A stretch of 51,811 nt of DNA, counting the filler, from Jimgerdemannia flammicorona (lineage: Eukaryota), in the NCBI GenBank assembly GCA_003990765.1. It is 2 parts of 2 records of this genome, joined end to end, with 100 filler letters (N's around TTAATTAATTAA, not from the genome) between each part and the next. Parts side by side here need not be neighbours in the genome. Positions count along the whole stretch, not along the records: positions 25,961 to 51,811 come from RBNJ01000783.1; 1 more part is not named here. One strand, written 5' to 3'. Each line of letters starts with the position of its first letter. Position 1 is the first letter of the stretch. A model generated the notes under the pieces. That model was not told the DNA's origin and ran no database searches. It saw nothing but the letters and a program-made list of their open reading frames with translations. Positions 43,413 to 51,811 of the stretch are shown here, piece after piece. Both the position numbers and the translations under genes were made by a program.

Positions 43413-46400
43413 ATGAACACGATCCAACACAACTCCACTAGCGCAATCCAACCCGACTCAACCCATCTCGACCTCAACGACACAAACACCACTTCCTTCG
43501 CCCGCCACCTGGCCGCATCCCCCATCCTCAACACCGATCAGAACATGGACTCCAACCACGTCTCCTCGCCCCCAGAGCCCTCTACCTCCGTCTTCGACAA
43601 AGAGTCGCCGGCCCCGCGCCGGGCAATCCTTGGCCCGCCGCAGCGCGTCGAGAGGACCCTGTCGTTGGTGGCGCAGGACTCGATGCGCGTTCCGAGCGTA
43701 ACATTAGACACGTCAAGGGCGAATGGGGAAGAGCCGGAGACCGAATTCAGTACAACAATGTCGCAGGATGCTAGTATGATGGTGTGTATTTGATTATTCA
43801 TTTTATTTTGGAGGGGAGGAAGGAGCTTCAGTATATATCTTTTTCGAGCCCGAAATACGTTTATAATTCCTTTGGGCAATCGACTCATTTTATTACTTCC
43901 GTCCCCCCCCATAGCTCGACAATAACATCAACGCCTCCGTAAGTACCACCCAACCTCATTCCTCCCGACCCTCGCCTGGCTTCCCTCATTCACTTCCACT
44001 TTTCCTTCCCCCTTAGAGCCCTGACGTTTCTCGCTCGGTGATCGATCTAACCTCGGGTTATCTGCAGTCGACGAACACGCGGCTGCAGCAGGAGAACGCG
44101 CGGCTGATGGACACGATCAAGACGCTGCGGGAAGACCTAGGGCGAGCGCACGCCGACCGCCGTGCATTCGAGGTGAAGATGCAGGTGGAAAACGACGACA
44201 AGATTGCAAGATTTGCGGGCGAGAAGATGGGTAGACTGCAGAGGGATTTAGCAGGGGCCGTGTCGTTGGCGAGGGTGAGTATTTTATTATATATATATTG
44301 TGCGAAGTGAACGGAGGACAATATGAAGGATAAAAAGATGAATATAGTTGTAACGTGATGGGTTGGGGTTTGTTCTGTCGCTTGAGTAAGTGTGTTGAGC
44401 GGAGAAACGGATACGAAGGATACGCGGGCTCTGACGATATGAATTTTAAGTTCGGGAAACATTCACAAAGACGTATACACGCAAATTCTTACCTCCCAAT
44501 ACCCTTCCTGTCCACCTCCACCAGGACATGACGCAAAAAGTCCAAACACTCGAACGCGAAGTCGAGAACCTCAAGATGGACAAGGAGCTCCTGGAAGAAG
44601 ACTTCGAGCACCGTTCCACGGAGCTCATGCGCCGCCTCCAAGAGGCCGAGAAGCCGAAACCCCCCCCACCACCACCTCCCCTCCCGTCGTCCACCACGGT
44701 TTTCACACAAACCGACGCCCCCGCCGGCGGCATCGGCTCGGAGACGGTGGAGGAACTTGAGGAGAGGATGGGCGACCTAATTAGCGAGACAGAGGACTTG
44801 CATAGGGAGGTGGAGGAGCTCACGTCTGGCAAGCAGGAGCTCGAGCGCGAGGTGGCGCAGCTGACCGCCGACTCCGAGTCGCTCGCAGAGCGACGTGCCG
44901 TGCTGGCGGTCAAGGTATCCGAAGCCCGAGAGGCTGTCTCGGCGCTGGCTCGGGAAGAGGAGACGCTCCGCGCGCAGCGGGAAGAGCTTTCGGCGGCGCG
45001 CGGGGAGGCGCAGCAGGCCGCGCGAGACGAGGAGGCTCTGTTACGGAAGGCGCAGGAGGAACATCGGAGGGTGGTGGACGAGAAGATGCAGCTCGAGAGG
45101 CATACTAAGCAGTTGCGGACCATGGTCGACGACCTGCTGGCGGATCGGAGGGTGTTACAGGGCCGGATGGATGCGTCCGTACGCGGGATGACCGATCTAG
45201 GGGTCGAGGATGATGACGAGGACGAGAATGGGTTCGAGGAAAGGATGTTTGAGGTCGTCGATGGAAATCACGAGGAGGCGGCAAGGGTGCGTGGCTTGCT
45301 GGAGCAAACACAAGAAGAGTGCGAACGGCTTGTAGAGGAGCGGGAGCGGGCGGAGGCGGCGGCGGGGAGGATGAGCCGGCGTGTCGAGGAAGGCGAGGTG
45401 GAGATTGCGGGGTTGAGGAGGCGGGTGAGAGAGATGGAGGACATCGTTGGCAGGACGAGGGCAGAGCTCGAGGGACGGAGTCGCGAGATTGCGAGGCTTC
45501 AGGAGGCGGTGCGGCGCGCGGCGGCTGAGGCTGGGGCGGATCGATCCATGGCGTCGGTTGGGGAGGCGGTGGAAACCGAGGCCGGGAGGTCGGTGCAGGT
45601 GAACACGAGCTCGTATGTCAGCCCGAGCGCGATGGCGGCCCATGCAGAGGCGAACGGGGACATGATGAAACAGATGCAGGCACAGCTGACCAAGATGACC
45701 AAGGTTATGACGACGGCGAAGCGCGAGCTTGCTGAGCAGCGCGACGAGGTGTCAAGGCTCAAGACCGAAAACATCCAGCTCCGCATCGCCGTGCAGAACG
45801 CTCAGAACAAGGCAAACGCGCCATCCCGAACCGGAACCGGGACGAAGACACCTCGACGGGCCGAGACCGGCATCACGAGGAAATCCACGGGCACCAACAC
45901 CACCGCCAACAGCAACGCCTCAATTCTCGCGGCAGAGGACGTGGATAACCCTGACGCCATCCGACTGCAGCTCGAGGAGCAGATGTTGCAGCTCCGACAA
46001 CGGCTCGATGAGTCGCTGGCCGAATGCGACCGGCTCCGATCGCAAGTTGCCCAGACGCGAAAGGAGCCCGTGACCAAGATCCCGAAGCGGTGGAGCGGTG
46101 GAAGCACCGGGAACGGCGGCAGCCAGGGTATAGGGAAGGCTACGTACCCGGCGGGCAAGATATTGACGTCGGGCGCGGCGATCGTAGCGTCCCTGCTGGA
46201 CGTCTCACCTCCGGACGTGCCGTTTGACGAGCGCGACGAGGCGGCGCTGCGCGTGTTGCAGTCGCAGGTCGTCGAGCTGCAGCACCTGCTTGACGAGGCC
46301 CAGACGGTTCATCGGATTGAACTCGATCGGGTTGGGCTGAGGTTACATGAGGCGCAGGGAGCGCAGAAGCGTGCGGAGGAACGGATCGCGGGGCTGGAGG

Positions 46401-49400
46401 GAGTGATTGGGGATATGGAGAAGACGGCGGCGGTGTTAAGGGAGGAGATGACGAGGAAGCAGCGCGAAGTGGATGAGCTAGGGGCGTGGAAGAGGGATGA
46501 GTTGAGGAGGAGGGAGAGTATTAGGATGGCGGTCAGGGATCGGAGCGGCGGCGCCAGTTTTGAGGATCATGTTGAGGATGCTTTGTTGAGGAATTTGGAG
46601 ACCGTGAGGACCATCGATGAGCTGTGTAAGATCCTTGCCAGCCAGACACCTAGGAAGAGGAGGGCCACACCCCAAGAGCCGAACCCGACGGCCAATAATA
46701 AACCTTCCGCGCAGGGCGAGGCCACCGCGCAGGGAACCCCCACGCCGGTTCCAGCGAACGCGATGGGCCAGCTCTTGCCGCCGCAGACTCCTAACCAGGC
46801 GCAAAGCCAGTATCAGACACCTGAACAGACACCGACGGGCGGGATGGAGGGGGCTGACGACAATGGGGAGAACAGGGGTCCGACGAACCCGCTGACGGAC
46901 CTGCACCTCGCACAGGTCATGCAGGGCCTTTTGGGCGCGCTGGGCCGGAGGATCGCAGAGATTGTCGCATTGGCGGAGACCGAATACGAGGCGAGGGCAC
47001 AGCGGGAGGCGGAAGCGAACGCGCAGGCGAACGCGGGGAGGAGACGAACGGTCGCAGGCAACCCAGAGACGCGGAAACCGGCGCGGGCCGAGTCACAACT
47101 AAACCTCATAACGTCCCAGAAGCAGGCTGAAAACCGGCGGCTGAATGCAGGACACACGCCCGGACCGCGTGTCGGGCCGGACATGACCGGATCTCCCGGG
47201 AGCGCGTCGCCCATGGGCGGAAGGGAGGAGAGGAAGGGTCGCGTCGGGGAGATTCTTGGGGTGTGCGAAAGGACGGTTGGGGAGTTGGGCAGGTTTGGGG
47301 ACGTGTTGAAGGAATATGTGGATGGGAATTTGGACGAGGCCATCGAGGCGGGCGAGGTGGCGCGCAGGAGGGCAAAGGAGGAGGGCGAGACGCAGGTGGG
47401 GGTTGTGAGAAGGGATATGCGGGATCCCGGAGGGAGGTCGTTCTTCTTGGATGGTGAAGGTGGGTAGGCGGGGTTTTGGGTGTTTGCGGTCGTTTGTTGG
47501 TATTTGACGTGCTGGAGATTGGGTGCATTCGTGTGATTTTTACATACCCTTTTCCCTCTCTCTCTCTTGTTAACTTGATCGTGTTGGTGAACAGATACTG
47601 CGCGTGATGAACTCAGGAGGGAGGTCGAGAAGCTGCGAGACGTGCTGCGTGAGTACAGAGCCGTAGTTATTTTCGTCACTCTACAATTACGGAGCAGACG
47701 TCTTCCCAAATGGCTTTTGCACGCTCACGCCCATCGATCGTTTCCCTGCCACCCCAGTGGCACAGAACCAGTCGATTCTCGACTACCAGGCGACCATTAC
47801 CTCGCTTCGGGAGACCAAAGACGACAACGAAAACGAGTTGAGGGTGAGATGCAGATGGATTGTATTTTTGCCATAGGGTCGCTGGTTAGCAATCATTAAC
47901 TTACGAATATGATTGTTGATATATGTGACGATGCGCACAGAAGCTGCGAGAGACCGTCACCAGGGTCGTCGAATCGTGGAAGCCCTCAGATGCGTCTGAC
48001 GCGGAGGCGAGGCCCGTCCTACAGGAACAATTACAGGAGTTGACGAACATTTGGAAGCACGAATGTACGTTCTATTCAATAGTGACCGGTCGCCTATTTT
48101 CGTCATTCTCATTCAATCTTACCTCCCACCACGTCCACAGCCGCCGCCAACACCTCCCTCCGCAACCACGTCAAAGAACTCAAAGTGACCACGACGACGC
48201 GCGAAGAAGAGACGCGGCAACAGATCGACACACTCCTAACCCAGGTGCGGCTGCTGAACGAGCACCTCCTCTCGACCAAGACGTTGACAGGCGAGTACGA
48301 GTCCAGGTGGCGCGAAGTGGAGGGGGCGCTAACGCGGGAGCGCCGGGAGCACGAAGCCCGCGTGGTAGGGTTTACGAAGCGTGAGGCCGAACTCCGGCGC
48401 GAGCTGGCACTCGTGTCCGGGAGACAGGTCGATGAGGCTGCCGGGGTTAGGGCGGAGCTGGCGAAGGAGCGTGAAAAGCATGTGAGGGAGGTGGCGGAGG
48501 CGAAGGAGAGGATGGAGGAGTTGGTGAGAGTGCATGCGGAGAAGATCGAGGAGATGAAGCAGACAAACACGGTGGAGAATAGAAGACTATTTACGGCGAA
48601 GAAGGGGGTCGAGGAGAAGCTGGCGGGGATGAAGCAGGTGAGTGTGGTTGAAGGACTGGGGAAGTGGGTAGAGATGTGAAGGCGATATCGGTACATTTTC
48701 TCACTAATTGTTCCATCTTTGCTCCTGTTCGTCTCAATTCGTACAAAATAGGAACTCAACAAGGCCAATGACCGGATTCTCGAGTTTGAAGCCGAGCTCC
48801 AGGCGGCACAGCAGCGTACACGGCAGCTCACGCTAGAGAAGGCGGCGTTAAGCAAAGACAAGCAGCGACTACAGTCGGAACTAAACGATGCGACCGAAGT
48901 GTGTACCATGTCATTTCGAATATGTTGGCGCCATCTGTTGTTTTATCTGCATGGACCAATGTCTTTTTTGAGATGCTCACTTTCCGGTCCTTCCTTCCCG
49001 CGAGTAGGAGTTGGACGCCCTGCGGCAGAACCACCCGGCCCTCGTAGATTTGGAGAACCGGCACACGCGGCTCAAGCATGGTGAGTAGTTGACACAATGG
49101 GTTTTGGAAAGCGGCATTGAATATCTGGAAACTAACGTAACGACACCACACCACAATGCCACAGAGAAACAACTGGTCGTGGAGCAGCACGCGCAGCGCA
49201 TCCAGGAGCTCGAAAAGGAAGCGCAAGCGTCGCTGGAGAAAATCATGACACTAACTAAAGAGAAAGGGAATGCGATGCGGGAAAGGTCCGAGATGAGCAG
49301 GAGGTGCGCGGGATTGAACGAGGTATAGTTGTGTCTTGTGTTAGTTCGTCTATAGATTAGTGGGGCCATGGTTGGCGGTGATAGATTTACGCGAGTGGTG

Positions 49401-51290
49401 AGTTCTCATTCAAACGACTATTGCGTGTTGTAGGAGAAAGAGCTAGCCGAGGCCGACGCAAAGGCCGAGCGGGAGGCCGTCCAAAGGCAACTGCAGGAGA
49501 TCAACTTGCTGAGAGATGGGCTTTCGACAGAACGGCGGAACCACCGGGCGACTTACGAACAGGTGGTCAAGTGAGTGTCGTCTTGTTTCTTTTGTGTGTT
49601 GGATTTCATCTTGATGCTAATATCATGATGTCCCGATGGACGTTCTTGTCCAGGCTCGAATCCGAGCTCAAAAATTTGCGCGAGGAGCGTCAGCGCGCAT
49701 CGGCGGACTTGGAGGAGACGAAGGAGGCGCTAGAGCTCAAGAAGGAGGAGTGCGAGGCTATTACGGAGGAATTTCGGAGCCTTCAGACGCTGGGCAAGAA
49801 CGTGAGTGTGAACGTCTTTTATCTAGAATAGAACCGCATGTACTATCCCCGAGTTTGGCACCCATTTCTAAATTACCCCATATAGATGTCCAAAGCAGGC
49901 GCGGAGCTGCAGGTGCAAACAAACAGGCTCCGCGGCGAACTTGTGGCGGCGCAGGCGCAGATTGCCACGCTCAAGGAGGAACTAAGGGCCGCGCGCGAGC
50001 AGGTCGCGCAGGGACGGGTCGAGATGTTGGGTGTGGTGGCCGCGAGGCACGAGGACGTGCTGAGGTGAGTCGTCGTTGTCGTGTTGCACATGTATTGTCG
50101 CTAAAAAAAATAACGCGGAACGATAAATTCTAGATCCAATACTTATCCGTTTTCATTTTGAACGCGACAAAACACCACAGGCAAGAGATCGCCCTCCTCC
50201 GCGACCAGCAGGCGGAGCTGAACGCATCGGTGCGCAAGGGCCAGCTGTCCGTCGAGGCGCACGCACGGCTGTATAAGGAGGTGCAACGCCAGCTAGAGGA
50301 CAAAGACCGCGTGCTCAGGGACGTGATGATGAATGGCGGTGCCCCTGCGGTGGCGGCGGAGAAGCCCAGGGGGGGAAGGAAAGAGGGTCTCGAGGTGGTG
50401 GGTAGCGGGGCGGCCGGAGAGGATGAGGTATGTGGATTATGTGGATGCCGCTTGCTCGTTTTCGTTGGTGGGCTTTGAAGGTACATGTGCTCAACCATCA
50501 TCGATTTGACGGATTCGCCAACGCAGATCGACGTCGCCAAGCTCAGGTCAGAGCTCACGCGCGAGAAGCGGAGACATACGGAGCAGGCCAAGGAGTTCGC
50601 GCGCGAGGCGAGGTACCTTCGCGCGAAATTCCACCGTGAGTGTGGATTCCGCGCCGACCTCGGATACCAAAAGAAGTACCTGCTGTTGCTCATTGGCGGA
50701 CTCGAGTCATGGTGAACCTTCGTTGTGATTCCAGCTTCATGCTTTGTTCCCTTGGCGTTCTTTTGGTTGCTGACCTCACTCTCTCCCTCATCTTCCAACA
50801 CGATCACATTCGAAAAGCGAGCAAGCGACGCTGATGCTGATCACCAACATGGGTATTGTTCCTGGTGGCATGCGAGGGGTGAACGCGGCGAAGAGGGTTG
50901 TGGGACCCGATCCGGGGGTTGGGGGACCCGATCCGGGGGTCGCGAGTGTGGTCAAGTTTAGGAGATCCGTGCTGGCCGTCGTGGCCGTCATGAGGATGAG
51001 GTAGGTTTAATAAGTGGTTCGGGGGGAGGTAGGGGGAACCTCTTTTTATTCTTGATTTGTTGGGTACCCGTGTATTTACTTCTCACGATCCGCATCCGCG
51101 ATGGCCGCGCATATCCATCATTCGTCTATAGGATGCTTAGGAACTCATGGGCAAAGAGCAAAGGTACGTTCGCTCACCACCCCGTTCCCTCCACTCACGT
51201 ATTCCGATCCAACTATCTAAATATATTAATCAACCCCTTTCCTCTTCCAACACCGCAGCACTCAAACCGACGCGGAGCGCTACCGCGTGA
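43413..51290 (+). CDS. PACT-domain long coiled-coil protein (Pcp1/pericentrin-like spindle pole body/centrosome scaffold), multi-exon
   Basis: Extensive coiled-coil exons, including 44528-47461. C-terminal LRAKFHRECGFRADLGYQKKYLLLLIGGLES...KFRRSVLAVVAVMRMR matches the PACT pattern. Start (43413 or 43545) and last exon are inferred. Confidence 0.85.
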
Positions 51291-51715
51291 CGTAGGGGCC
51301 TTGTGCGATATTTTTGGAAGGTGTATGTTGTGGGCGGATAATCTTCGTGTTTTTGTACACTCTGTCGTTTGCTTGTTTGCTCGTTTATACTATTTAATAT
51401 TGATGTTGCAGAGCTCGCAGTATATAATTACTTCATTTCCTTTCATTTACGTTTTATATTTCCTGTCGTTTGTCAGAATACGAACTCTAATTTTTCTACC
51501 ATTCGCCCATTGATACTACCAATTACTCGCGTGATATGTGTGGCATATGATGTCTCGGGAACACATGCATACATTATTACATACACGCAACTTGCATAAC
51601 CCCAGGAAGGGAATGGGTGATCGGGTATGAGATAGAAAGTTTTTTTTTTTTTGGGAAGGGGAGGGGTGATGACAACAGGTACAGAAAAGAAGAGACGATA
51701 ACGACAGATTAATCA

Positions 51716-51800
51716 AGCAAAGCAAAGCAAAGCAAAAGCAAAAACAAAAAACAAAAACTCAGATAACAAAACACAAAAACTCAGATAACAAAACACAAAC
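51716..51800. repeat. Simple repeats (agcaa)n and a 23-bp duplication aaaactcagataacaaaacaca..
   Basis: Directly visible at the window end. Confidence 0.7.
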
Positions 51801-51811
51801 AAAAAAAAAAG

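Noticed and set aside
44446..50807. Long antisense ORFs (e.g. 46813..47709, 48109..48909)
   Set aside because: Shadow frames of the GC-rich coiled-coil gene on the plus strand.
50900..50940. 21-bp duplication gggacccgatccgggggt in the PACT gene
   Set aside because: In-frame micro-duplication (GPDPGVG) in the variable linker of the PACT region; unremarkable.

Overview
Eukaryotic, intron-rich fungal DNA. An early-diverging (Mucoromycota-like) source is inferred from gene content, not proven. The window is two contigs joined by an artificial N-TTAATTAATTAA-N linker (25861-25960). The left contig (1-25860) is a nested transposon cluster: several decayed, CpG-depleted L1/Tx1-type LINEs and a hAT-type MITE. 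Two of the LINEs sit, with exact target-site duplications, inside an older but CpG-rich minus-strand gene array. Removing those two LINEs rejoins a ~1,400-codon Gag-like + retropepsin + degenerate second protease-like polyprotein that stops without RT, RNase H, integrase or visible LTRs. It is preceded by a PHD-finger/coiled-coil ORF and followed by a spliced restriction-endonuclease-like gene. The right contig (25961-51811) is ordinary gene space: phospholipase D exon 1, a BTB pseudogene, a small membrane protein, an amino-acid transporter, an OPT pseudogene, an FAD-dependent phenol-monooxygenase-like gene and a PACT-domain coiled-coil (Pcp1/pericentrin-like) gene. All family calls come from motif recognition by eye; no searches were run.
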